This document shows positions 54,826 through 63,267 of a DNA stretch of 64,000 nucleotides, piece by piece. The position numbers were made by a program, and so were the translations under genes. Position 1 is the first letter of the stretch. Every line of letters begins with the position of its first letter. Source of the stretch: Candidatus Nanopelagicales bacterium (GTDB lineage Bacteria; Actinomycetota; Actinomycetes; S36-B12; GCA-2699445). The notes beneath the pieces are model-generated. The model was given only the letters and a program-made list of their open reading frames with translations. It did not search any database and had not been told where the DNA came from. The stretch lies in contig JAUYJT010000052.1 in assembly GCA_030700225.1 (NCBI GenBank), positions 3,084 through 67,083 of the forward strand, given 5' to 3'.

Positions 54826-55944
54826 TCAAGCCCCCATCATCTCGAGGTGCTCCTGGGCGGGCTGAAGCAGCATCATGAGTGTTAGCGCTATGTAGGCGAT
54901 CAGGAACAAGGCGCCGAGGGCGAGTGCGACCCTGCGCCGTTTCGGGTGCCGGGCCGGGTTGCGGTCGACGAACGGAACGATGAAGAGCACCCCGAACAGG
55001 CCCGCTGACCCCCATAGGATGCCCGGGAGCCCGATCCAGTTCTCGAGAGTGAACATGGGCCAGAACTGCCACAGCGGCGTAGTGATCTCCAAACCCGACG
55101 CCGGTGGCGTGCCGATGCCGGTCGGCACGACCAACGCGAGCAGACCGAGGATGCCGACCAACGCGAGGCCGAACGCGGAGATCCGCCGCATGTGCTGGGT
55201 GAACGGCTCGGTCGGCTCGCTGGCCGGAGCCTGACCGTCACCCGTGTCTGGCAGCAGAGGATGCGGACTGATCTTGTGCCGCTTGATGAGCAGGACGTGA
55301 AGAAACAGCAGCACGACAATCAATATCGGAATGATCGCCACATGTGCGGCGTAGATCCGAGCTAGCACGGAGATGTCGGGCGCGAACTCAGGAGTGAAGA
55401 AGGACCCGGCTGGACCGAGGAGTTCAGCTGCCGCGATGTTGTGTCCGAGCGCCTCGAAGCCTTCCTGGTCCCACTTGAGCACGCTGCCTGTGAAGATGGC
55501 CAGGAAGGTGAGCACGAACATGCTCACTCCGATCAGGTAGTTGCCCTCACGCGGCTTCTTGTACGACGCCGTCAGGAACACCCGCAACAGATGCAGACCG
55601 GCGAGCACGTACATCGCCTGCGCTGCCCAGAAGTGGATGTCGCGGATGAACGCGCCGCCGGGTACGTCGGTCATGATGTCCCGGACCGACTGGTTCGCGT
55701 CCGTTGGGTACGGGGAGTACCACTGAGCCAGAGCCATGCCCGTGACGATCAGCACGACGAGACTCACCGCAGTCAGACCACCGAGGCTCCAGGCGAGTCG
55801 GTTGGAGTGCTCCGGGACGGGGTACTTCAGTGCGCCGATCCCCATGCGCTCATCGATGACGGCAACGACCCGCCGGACGAGGCCTGTGCGGTGGCGTGAG
55901 TCCGGGGACGGCGACGCGGCGTGGGATTCGGTCGTTGTGGTCAT
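54826..55944 (-). CDS. cytochrome b (b6-like spacing), orphan
   Basis: Haem-ligand pairs HFWAAQAMYVLAGLH (H-x13-H) and HVAIIPILIVVLLFLH (H-x14-H), plus a PREGN motif. ATG 55944 overlaps the upstream stop (ATGA). Confidence 0.85.
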   Translation of the reverse strand: MTTTTESHAASPSPDSRHRTGLVRRVVAVIDERMGIGALKYPVPEHSNRLAWSLGGLTAVSLVVLIVTGMALAQWYSPYPTDANQSVRDIMTDVPGGAFIRDIHFWAAQAMYVLAGLHLLRVFLTASYKKPREGNYLIGVSMFVLTFLAIFTGSVLKWDQEGFEALGHNIAAAELLGPAGSFFTPEFAPDISVLARIYAAHVAIIPILIVVLLFLHVLLIKRHKISPHPLLPDTGDGQAPASEPTEPFTQHMRRISAFGLALVGILGLLALVVPTGIGTPPASGLEITTPLWQFWPMFTLENWIGLPGILWGSAGLFGVLFIVPFVDRNPARHPKRRRVALALGALFLIAYIALTLMMLLQPAQEHLEMMGA

Positions 55945-56684
55945 CGTGGCTCCCCTTCGGTCAAGCTCTCGCGGAGGTCTTCCAGGGATTTGCGCGGTCG
56001 CCAACGGTAGGCCAGCAACAGGCCGGCTACGATCGCTGCGGCTGAGAGAGCGGCCAGCGCTGCCGCCGCGCCACCCCATTCAGTACGGCCCGAAAGCGAG
56101 TCGAGCATCGCGGTCGTCCCCGTCTCATCCCCAACGACCGGCTCCGTGATGGGTGCGATCGACGACTGCAGCAGGGCACGTACGGCGACCATGTCTCCGG
56201 CCTCGAGCGCCTCCTCAGCTTCGGCGACCTTAGTCAGGTCCACTCCGGACTTGTCGGGTGCCTCAAGCGCGTCCTCGATCTTCTCGGCGATGGCCTCGAA
56301 GTGGCCGGGGCGGTCGTTGGCCAAGTGCGCCAGGGCGTCTATCACTAGATCCCGCGACTCACCGCTTTCGGCGTGCTCGTCCGATTCGCCTTCCCCACCG
56401 CCCGGCTCATCCATCTCATCGCCGCCGCTATCCTTCTCGCCGCTATCCTTCCCGCTGCGGTCCTTCCCGCTGCGATCCTTCTCGCGATCCTCGTCATCGT
56501 CGTCGCCATGAGCGAGCAGGGTGACACCGTCTGCGCCACCCTGCCCGTCACCGTCGTGGTCGCTTTGCGCGAGCACGGGCGCCACCGGCAGCAGCATGAA
56601 TAGCCCGGTCACCAGTGCCACGAGCAGCTGCCGCTGCCCAGTTCTACGTCGGCGTGCGTCCATGGTCTCCACCCCTTCGACCAC
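55941..56684 (-). CDS. exported acidic repeat protein with C-terminal membrane anchor
   Basis: RRRR-containing signal peptide, a D/E/G/K/S low-complexity region (DRSGKDRSGKDSGEKDSGG), a helical domain, and a C-terminal transmembrane helix. Confidence 0.65.
   Translation of the reverse strand: MVEGVETMDARRRRTGQRQLLVALVTGLFMLLPVAPVLAQSDHDGDGQGGADGVTLLAHGDDDDEDREKDRSGKDRSGKDSGEKDSGGDEMDEPGGGEGESDEHAESGESRDLVIDALAHLANDRPGHFEAIAEKIEDALEAPDKSGVDLTKVAEAEEALEAGDMVAVRALLQSSIAPITEPVVGDETGTTAMLDSLSGRTEWGGAAAALAALSAAAIVAGLLLAYRWRPRKSLEDLRESLTEGEPR
56424..56483. repeat. four imperfect 15-bp in-frame tandem repeats
   Basis: GCCGCTATCCTTCTC / GCCGCTATCCTTCCC / GCTGCGGTCCTTCCC / GCTGCGATCCTTCTC, encoding the KDRSG/KDSGE units on the minus strand. 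Confidence 0.8.
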
Positions 56685-56703
56685 TCAGGTGCCCCCCACG
56701 AGT

Positions 56704-56721
56704 CTCACGATCGACTCACGA
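56704..56721. promoter_or_regulatory. direct heptamer repeat CTCACGA-N4-CTCACGA in a divergent promoter region
   Basis: 11-bp periodicity, located between the cytochrome b operon and the response regulator/kinase operon. Candidate response-regulator site. Confidence 0.2.
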
Positions 56722-56779
56722 CGAGCGATCCGGCACAGTAGTCGCCGCCAGCCCTGGTACCGGATCTCCGCCAAACCTC

Positions 56780-57478
56780 ATGGGTGATCCCACGTACACC
56801 GCAGTGGCGGTTCCGCGTACCGTCGATGGTGTGGACGCTGACCCGATCCGTGTACTTGTCGTGGACGACCACGCCCTGCACCGTGATGGGACCCGACAGA
56901 TCCTCGAGCAAGAACCGGACCTTGAAGTGGTCGGCGACGCGGAGTCCGGCGAGCTTGCGCTCGCGATGGTGAGTGAGCACCGGCCGACTGTCGTGCTTAT
57001 GGATATCAGGCTTCCTGGGATGAGCGGGATTGAGGCAACGCGTCGCATTAGCGAGCGGCATCCTGACGTGCGTGTGCTCGTGGTGACGGCCTACGACGAC
57101 GACGAATACGTACGGGGAGCCCTCGAAGCTGGTGCGGCCGGCTACCTCATCAAGACTGTCGCAGCTCGCGAGCTCGTTGAAGCGGTCCGGGCTGTCGCCA
57201 CCGGGAACGCCGTCCTACAGCCGGGTCTGCTCCACTCCTTGCTCGCCGACCACGCCGTCGGCGCCGACAATCTGACCGAGCGCGAACTTGCGGTGCTGCG
57301 GCTTATCGCCGACGGGCTGCGCAACAAGCAGATCGCCACACGTCTGGGGATCAGCGCCCGCACCGTCGAACGGCACTGCGACAACATCTACGGCAAACTA
57401 GGCGTCGGCTCGCGCACTGAGGCGGTCGTCCGAGCCTTGTCCAACAAGCTGGTCCGAGTCGCCGATGACCCGCGCTGA
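56780..57478 (+). CDS. NarL/LuxR-family response regulator
   Basis: Receiver domain (RVLVVDDH, VVLMDIRLPG) plus a LuxR helix-turn-helix (LTERELAVLRLIADG). ATG 56780 chosen; the ORF opens at 56615. Confidence 0.9.
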   Translation: MGDPTYTAVAVPRTVDGVDADPIRVLVVDDHALHRDGTRQILEQEPDLEVVGDAESGELALAMVSEHRPTVVLMDIRLPGMSGIEATRRISERHPDVRVLVVTAYDDDEYVRGALEAGAAGYLIKTVAARELVEAVRAVATGNAVLQPGLLHSLLADHAVGADNLTERELAVLRLIADGLRNKQIATRLGISARTVERHCDNIYGKLGVGSRTEAVVRALSNKLVRVADDPR

Positions 57479-58937
57479 CCCGCTCTCGGCGGACTGTTCA
57501 GTTACGGGCGGAACGCACGGGTGGCTCCGCTCGGTACTCCCGCCCGTGGGTCAGATCCGCTTCTGGATAGTGCAGGCCAGCGTCGCACTGCTCGCGGCCG
57601 CGCACGACTTCGGTCTTGAGCCATCCCTGGTCTTCGGGTTGCCAGCGCCGTTCACATCCTGGCTGCTGCTGATCCCAGTCGTCTACGCCGCAGTGACCTT
57701 CGGGCTGCGAGGGGCGGTCGCCACGTCGCTGTGGGGGACGTTGCTTGTCGTCGCGCACTGGCCGTTTCCCATGGATCAGACCCCCGCGCATGTGTGGATC
57801 GAGCTGCGCTTCGTCCTGATACTCAATGTGGTCGCGATCATCGTCGGTCAGCGGGTCGAGAGCGAGCAGCAAGCCAGGCTGCGGGCCGAAGCAGCCGCCC
57901 GAAGCGTCCGAATCGCCAAGGCGCGTTACCACAGCCTGTTCGACGGTCAACCGTCACCTGTGATCATTACTGACGTCACCGGTGTGGTGAGCGAGGTCAA
58001 TGCCGCAGCCGTCACCCTGTTCGGCCGCGACCCTGCCGGACAGCCGTCCGCTGAACTGCTGGGAGACGAGGCCGCCGATGTTCTTGGCGGTGCGCCCCAT
58101 CGCCTGATGTTGCACGATGGGCAGGGGCAGGACCGGCTTTTCGTGCCGACGGCGCGCGAACTCGCCACGGACGACGGCACGTACCTCGTCCAGGTCGTGC
58201 TCACCGACGTGACGGAAGAGCACCGGCGTCATGAGGAGCAGCGCTACTTCGCCAGTCAACTCCTAGCCGTGCAAGAGGAGGAGCGGCGCAGGCTCGCACG
58301 CGAACTGCACGACGACCCGCTGCAGAACGTCATGTTTCTCACCCGAGCGCTGGACGATCTCAGCCACGAATCTGAGATTCCGGAAGCTGTCGCCCAGCGA
58401 CTCAACGTCATCGGTGGCGTCGCCGACGACGCCGCGACAGCTCTGCGCAAGCTGATCCACGGGCTCCGGCCAAGCGTCCTTGATGACCTCGGACTCGTGT
58501 CTGCGTTGCGGCAGCTGGTCAACGAGGCACGGAACCGCAGCCGGTTGGTTGTCGACTTCACTGCTACGGGTCCGGAGGCCCGGCTGCCAGCACAGGTGGA
58601 GCTCGCCGCCTACCGCATCGCCCAGGAGTCCCTCAACAACGTGATCCGACACGCCGACGCCACTCGAGCGACCGTTCGCTTGCGGTTCGGCGAGCAGCTG
58701 ACCCTGACGATCACTGACGACGGAAGTGGCATTCCCCCGAGCAAGTCCCCGGGCGACCCAGTGCCTGGGCTCGGACTCATCGGCATGCGGGAACGGGTCA
58801 ACATGACAGGGGGCACGCTCACTGTCGGGCGCGTGTCCCCTCACGGGACCCGCGTGCGGGCAAGGCTGCCCTGCGTTCATCCCGGAAACCAACAGCGCGC
58901 GGGAGTTCGCCTGCGCAGGCGTGCCAGCTCCACCTGA
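57465..58937 (+). CDS. PAS-domain sensor histidine kinase (HisKA_3)
   Basis: Four N-terminal transmembrane helices, a PAS-like region (YHSLFDGQPSPVIITD), H-box LHDDPLQNV, and HATPase motifs. 14-bp overlap with the response regulator gene. Confidence 0.85.
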   Translation: MTRADPLSADCSVTGGTHGWLRSVLPPVGQIRFWIVQASVALLAAAHDFGLEPSLVFGLPAPFTSWLLLIPVVYAAVTFGLRGAVATSLWGTLLVVAHWPFPMDQTPAHVWIELRFVLILNVVAIIVGQRVESEQQARLRAEAAARSVRIAKARYHSLFDGQPSPVIITDVTGVVSEVNAAAVTLFGRDPAGQPSAELLGDEAADVLGGAPHRLMLHDGQGQDRLFVPTARELATDDGTYLVQVVLTDVTEEHRRHEEQRYFASQLLAVQEEERRRLARELHDDPLQNVMFLTRALDDLSHESEIPEAVAQRLNVIGGVADDAATALRKLIHGLRPSVLDDLGLVSALRQLVNEARNRSRLVVDFTATGPEARLPAQVELAAYRIAQESLNNVIRHADATRATVRLRFGEQLTLTITDDGSGIPPSKSPGDPVPGLGLIGMRERVNMTGGTLTVGRVSPHGTRVRARLPCVHPGNQQRAGVRLRRRASST

Positions 58938-59015
58938 GCGCTCGTGTGCTGGGTGCTATTCGGACGACTCCTCGGCGATCGGTTGAGCAGTCAGCTACCG
59001 CGTCGCGTCCGAGCG

Positions 59016-60329
59016 TCAGGTGACCTCCCACCTGATCCATCTGCTGCCCTCACCTGCCTTCACGCGCTTGACGCGGCTGATGATGGCCGGAAGCGCGGCG
59101 ACGCCCACAACCGCGTTGGACAGCAGCAGCGCAAGGCCCGCGCCGGAGATGCCCATCGTCGGCGCTAGTGCGTATGTCAGACCGAGGGTCCCCAGGGCGA
59201 TGATCAAGTAGGCCCCCGCGATAGACAGCAGGCGGTTTTCCAGCCACATGAACGTTGACCAGAAGCTCCTGAGGGTGAAGAAGGGCACCGCGAGACCGAT
59301 CAAGCGAAGCGCCGGGGTCGCGGCGTCCTGGTAGCCAGGAGCGATGATCGCCAGAATGAGCGGGGCCGCTATCACAACGACCAGGCCCCCGAGTACGCCG
59401 ACGACGAACATCATCGCGCCCAGCCTGCGAAGCGCCGCCGCCGTGATGGCATCGCCGGAGCGTACGTGGTAGCAGAAGGACTGTGAGATGTTGCTGAGCA
59501 GCGCAGCGAACGACGCCCCGACGAGCCAGGCGATCGCTAAGTAGCCGTTCTGCTCCGGCCCCAGGGTCAACGTGACCAGGATAGGTACCCCGAGGATCGC
59601 GAGTTGGCTGGTAATAGACGCCGCGTACTGGGAGAAGAGCAGCGGCCACAGCTCACGTCGCGGCGGCAGGGGTATCGATTCTTCCGCGCGCTCACGCGCC
59701 GGAACGACACGGCCGAACACGTAGACGGAGATGATCACTGCCGATGCGGCGGCGGGGATGATCCACGCCATGAAGATCCCCGACACGAAGCTGACCGACG
59801 CCAGCACTGGAAGCAGCGCGATCTTGGCGACCGCGAAGAGAGTGTTCTCAATCGGGATGATCGACGAGCGGCCGAGCCCGAGCAGTGCCTGATCCTGAAT
59901 CGCGAACAGCGTCAGCGTCAGCGTGCCAACAACGAACACTGTCTTGGCGACGAGGCCTTCGTCGTTGTCGATGTCGGAGACGATGACGACGGCCAGGAGC
60001 CCCGCCAGCACCGCGCAGGCTGACACGACGAGGTAGATGCGGCGGATGATCCATCCGGTGTACCGTCCGGCCCGCGGTACGTAGCGGCTGCACACCGAGC
60101 CGAGACTGAGCTGCGCGATCAAGGCCAGCAGTGTCGCAGCGGATAGGGCGGCGTTGGCTTCTCCGACTTCCTCGGTGGAGAACATGCGGGCGGCCACAGC
60201 CCAGAACACGACGCCCAGACCCGCCGTGATCACGGTGGAGGTCACCAGGTTCGTCGCTGTGCGAACGACGTCGTTGCTGCTGCCGGCCGCTGGAGCCAAG
60301 CGCTCCGGGGGAGGTTCGGCCTGGGGCAT
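59016..60329 (-). CDS. MOP-superfamily polysaccharide/lipid-linked oligosaccharide flippase
   Basis: About 12-14 transmembrane helices, with the typical Wzx/MurJ-like N-terminal pattern. Confidence 0.8.
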   Translation of the reverse strand: MPQAEPPPERLAPAAGSSNDVVRTATNLVTSTVITAGLGVVFWAVAARMFSTEEVGEANAALSAATLLALIAQLSLGSVCSRYVPRAGRYTGWIIRRIYLVVSACAVLAGLLAVVIVSDIDNDEGLVAKTVFVVGTLTLTLFAIQDQALLGLGRSSIIPIENTLFAVAKIALLPVLASVSFVSGIFMAWIIPAAASAVIISVYVFGRVVPARERAEESIPLPPRRELWPLLFSQYAASITSQLAILGVPILVTLTLGPEQNGYLAIAWLVGASFAALLSNISQSFCYHVRSGDAITAAALRRLGAMMFVVGVLGGLVVVIAAPLILAIIAPGYQDAATPALRLIGLAVPFFTLRSFWSTFMWLENRLLSIAGAYLIIALGTLGLTYALAPTMGISGAGLALLLSNAVVGVAALPAIISRVKRVKAGEGSRWIRWEVT

Positions 60330-60405
60330 GGATCAATCCTGGCACGACCCCGCGGACACGAGGCGGGGTTCGCCGCAAGCTCAACCTCGCATGGCAGGGA
60401 CGAGG

Positions 60406-61266
60406 CTAAATGGACTTGGCGAACCGGTACAGCCGCCTCCGCTGGAGCCTGGCCATCCCAAGGACGTCAGGAACCCGACCCAGCAGTTCGAGTCCGAATG
60501 TCCGCTCCCCCAGGTACAGGGACACGAACAGCCGCAGGTAGTCGCGCAATGCGGCGCCGTCGAGAGGCCGCAGATTCCTGTATCCATCCACGAAGCTCGC
60601 CGCGACCTGGGTCGGGTCGTCGATCCGCAGTGGCTCGCGGATCCGTTGGTAGTGGAGGTCGACCATGAACGCTGAAACATCCCACATCGCGCTTCCGTGC
60701 GTCGCGAGAAACATCGCCCAAGGTGGCGATGCCCAGTCGAGGATCACGAGCTGATCTGTTTCGGCTCTGTACTGGATGTTCGACAGCGTGAAGTCGCCGT
60801 GCAGCGGGACAGGGTCAGGCGTGTCGAACGGAGCAGGCATCAAGGTCACTTCGGCTTCAGGTAGGCGCATGTGGAGATGGATTGAAGCCAGGGCTAATCC
60901 GGCCCTGCGCGCGAGCTCCGGATTCGCGGATTCTGCCAGCGTCTGCCGCAGGGAGACGAGCCCCGGAACACGCACCATCTCGAGGCGTCCGACGTCCTCG
61001 GAGACTAGATCCGGCACTTCGAAACCGCGCATCCCACGTGGTATGGCGACCGCCGCCCGCATCTCAAGGGCCTCTCGGGATACGCGTGCCGGATTCTCGA
61101 TCTTGACGACCGAGTGCTCCCCGACGCGGACCACTGCCCTCGTCGGTCTTGGGGCCACGAGCCGCCGTAAGCGGGACGCCCTTGAAGTCAGCGACATCGG
61201 CCACCCTTGGTGTCTTCGAGTGCGGACGGCGTGATCACAGCCACCGCCATCATGCCGGGAATGCAT
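60406..61266 (-). CDS. aminoglycoside-phosphotransferase-like kinase-fold protein
   Basis: Catalytic-loop motif HGDFTLSNI followed by ILDW (the metal-binding Asp). An alternative start is ATG 61197. Confidence 0.7.
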   Translation of the reverse strand: MHSRHDGGGCDHAVRTRRHQGWPMSLTSRASRLRRLVAPRPTRAVVRVGEHSVVKIENPARVSREALEMRAAVAIPRGMRGFEVPDLVSEDVGRLEMVRVPGLVSLRQTLAESANPELARRAGLALASIHLHMRLPEAEVTLMPAPFDTPDPVPLHGDFTLSNIQYRAETDQLVILDWASPPWAMFLATHGSAMWDVSAFMVDLHYQRIREPLRIDDPTQVAASFVDGYRNLRPLDGAALRDYLRLFVSLYLGERTFGLELLGRVPDVLGMARLQRRRLYRFAKSI

Positions 61267-61316
61267 GGGCGTGTCTCCCCGACGAGTGCGTGCTCATTCA
61301 GGGACCCATGATGCAG

Positions 61317-61360
61317 AGGTGAGTAGCCCGGGGGGAGTTGCACCCCCCGGCTACTCACCT
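61317..61360 (-). terminator. strong GC-rich hairpin downstream of the lipoprotein gene
   Basis: AGGTGAGTAGCCCGGGGGG / CCCCCCGGCTACTCACCT, an about 18-bp stem with one bulge and a 7-8 nt loop. No U-tract. Confidence 0.5.
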
Positions 61361-61408
61361 TCGCATCACCTTGCTGGGTAGCGCCTCGCCCCTTGGTCGC
61401 GCGACGGG

Positions 61409-61846
61409 TCAGTTACAGACTTCCGCGTAGTAGGCCACGACGACCGGTCTGGCGGCTGTCTGTGCGGCTGCCTGCTTCTTGGTCACTGTCCCCGCCGCGG
61501 TGTTCTTGATGGCGGTGCTGATGGCTTGGTAGGCCTGTTTGACATTGTCGGGCGCGTCGGCCGGTACGGAATCGACCATTGCCTGGGTTTCCGCCAGGTA
61601 TACCTGATACGCAGCCTTGATCTGTTCCGGGTCGCCGCTCTCGATCGCGGCCTTGACGTTGACGCTTGCCGCCGACGTACCCCATGTCGTGACAGCGGTG
61701 CAGTATTGAGTCTGCTCGGCGGTCAGGCCCGTGTCCGTTGCGCTCGGTGTTCCAGAAGTGGTGCCGGAACAGCCCGCGAGAAGTGCGGTAGTGATCGCCG
61801 CAGCGCCGAAGATGCCGATCGCGGCTGTTCTTGTCCGGGTCTTCAT
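61409..61846 (-). CDS. small helical lipoprotein
   Basis: Signal peptide with lipobox LLAGC. Ala/Gln/Thr-rich mature part with two Cys. Confidence 0.75.
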   Translation of the reverse strand: MKTRTRTAAIGIFGAAAITTALLAGCSGTTSGTPSATDTGLTAEQTQYCTAVTTWGTSAASVNVKAAIESGDPEQIKAAYQVYLAETQAMVDSVPADAPDNVKQAYQAISTAIKNTAAGTVTKKQAAAQTAARPVVVAYYAEVCN

Positions 61847-62066
61847 ACACTCTCCAAAGGTTAGGTCGGGGCGCTCTTCCAGCGGGCTGCCTCGAGTCTA
61901 GCTCCCCCTTTCTGCCGGGGATGATAGCTCCCGCTCGACCCGCACTAGCGCGATTGCCCGAGTCCGCCCTTCGGAGGTCTTGCTGGCCAATCCGATGTCG
62001 CTGATCTATCCGACAACATTCTCAGCTGAGGTATGTCTGAGTCAGAGCGAGAGGGGAACTGGGGCA

Positions 62067-62357
62067 CTAGAGACACTCGTTGTGTGAGCCGCTGGGCACG
62101 CACGTCCTGCCATCGACCCAAATCGCCCCGGTCAGGTTCGCCCTGGAGAGGCTCGCCTCGCGCAGGTTCGCCCCGGTCAGGTCCGCCCCGGAGAGGCTCG
62201 CCCCGGTCAGGTCACAGTCGGCGAGGTTCGCATCGGGCGCCTTGGGGATCTCAAAGCAGTCCCTCAGGGTTGGAGCCGCCGAGGCCGTGGGCCCGCCGGC
62301 CTCTCGGAGTGGTTCGGTGTCGGTCGGCGCGGCGCACGCTCCCAGCGCCAAGGCCAC
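62067..62357 (-). CDS. pentapeptide-repeat lipoprotein paralog 1 (7 repeats); ancestral start codon mutated, possible pseudogene
   Basis: Same caps as paralogs 2 and 3. The family start position 62397-62399 reads ACG instead of ATG, and the frame is open from 62411. The only canonical start is GTG 62357, which would truncate the signal peptide. Confidence 0.55.
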   Translation of the reverse strand: MALALGACAAPTDTEPLREAGGPTASAAPTLRDCFEIPKAPDANLADCDLTGASLSGADLTGANLREASLSRANLTGAIWVDGRTCVPSGSHNECL

Positions 62358-62564
62358 ACCAACACCAATCGTCGTGATTCCCGTTAGCTTGATGCGCGTA
62401 CTGCCAGTGTTTCAGCAGCCACTCGCTGTGTCTAGCCTCGGCAGAGACTCACCAGTCGTGGCCCCGTGCGGAAGTCACATGCCGCATGTCCAGCAATGCC
62501 CGCCGCTGGTGGACGCCACCTCCCGACAGGGAACTCCCGAATCAGCGCACTTGAAACCGCGACA

Positions 62565-63164
62565 CTAGCGGCACTCGCCGCGTGAGCCGGGCCCGCACGT
62601 CCTGCCATCGACCCAAATGGCATCGGGCAGGTTCGCCCCGCGCAGGTTCGCACCGGACAGATCCGCGCTGCGAAGGCTCGCGTTGCGCAGGTTCGCACCG
62701 GACAGATCCGCCCCGGACAGTCTCGCCCCGCGCAGGTCCGCGGCGATCAGGTTCGCCCCGGACAGTCTCGCCTCGCGCAGGTCCGCCCTGGAGAGGCTCG
62801 CCCCGGCCAGTCTTGCCTCGCGCAGGTCCGCCCTGGAGAGGCTCGCCCCGGCCAGTCTTGCCCCGCGCAGGTCCGCCCTGGAGAGGCTCGCGCCGGACAG
62901 GTACGCCCCGGTCAGGTTCGCCCTATGCAGGTTCGCCCCGGACAGGTCCGCCCCGGAGAGACTCGCCCCGGACAGGTCACAGTCGGCAAGGTTCGCATCG
63001 GGCGCCTTGGGGGTCTTCGAGCAGTCCCCCAGGGTTGGAGCCGCCGAGGCCGTAGGCCCGCCGGCCTCTCGGAACGGTTCGGTGTCGGTCGGTGCGGCGC
63101 ACGCGCCCAGCGCCAAGGCCACAGCAACGCCGAGCGCCTGGATTCCCGTTAGCTTGATGCGCAT
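62565..63164 (-). CDS. pentapeptide-repeat lipoprotein paralog 2 (25 repeats)
   Basis: [16 protein letters not shown] signal peptide and lipobox, a Cys-containing N-cap, 25 A(D/N/S)LxG units, and the C-cap AIWVDGRTCGPGSRGEC. Confidence 0.85.
   Translation of the reverse strand: MRIKLTGIQALGVAVALALGACAAPTDTEPFREAGGPTASAAPTLGDCSKTPKAPDANLADCDLSGASLSGADLSGANLHRANLTGAYLSGASLSRADLRGARLAGASLSRADLREARLAGASLSRADLREARLSGANLIAADLRGARLSGADLSGANLRNASLRSADLSGANLRGANLPDAIWVDGRTCGPGSRGECR
62771..62860. repeat. perfect 45-bp tandem duplication inside paralog 2
   Basis: 62771-62815 is identical to 62816-62860 (CCTCGCGCAGGTCCGCCCTGGAGAGGCTCGCCCCGGCCAGTCTTG). A third partial copy follows. Each unit encodes ARLAGASLSRADLRE. 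Confidence 0.9.
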
Positions 63165-63267
63165 ATCGCCAGTGTCTCCCGAGGCACCCTCTGTTGCCAG
63201 CCGTGGAAATGACTCACCAGTCGTGGCCCCGTGCGGTAGTCACATGCCGCTCGTCCGGAAATGCCCG

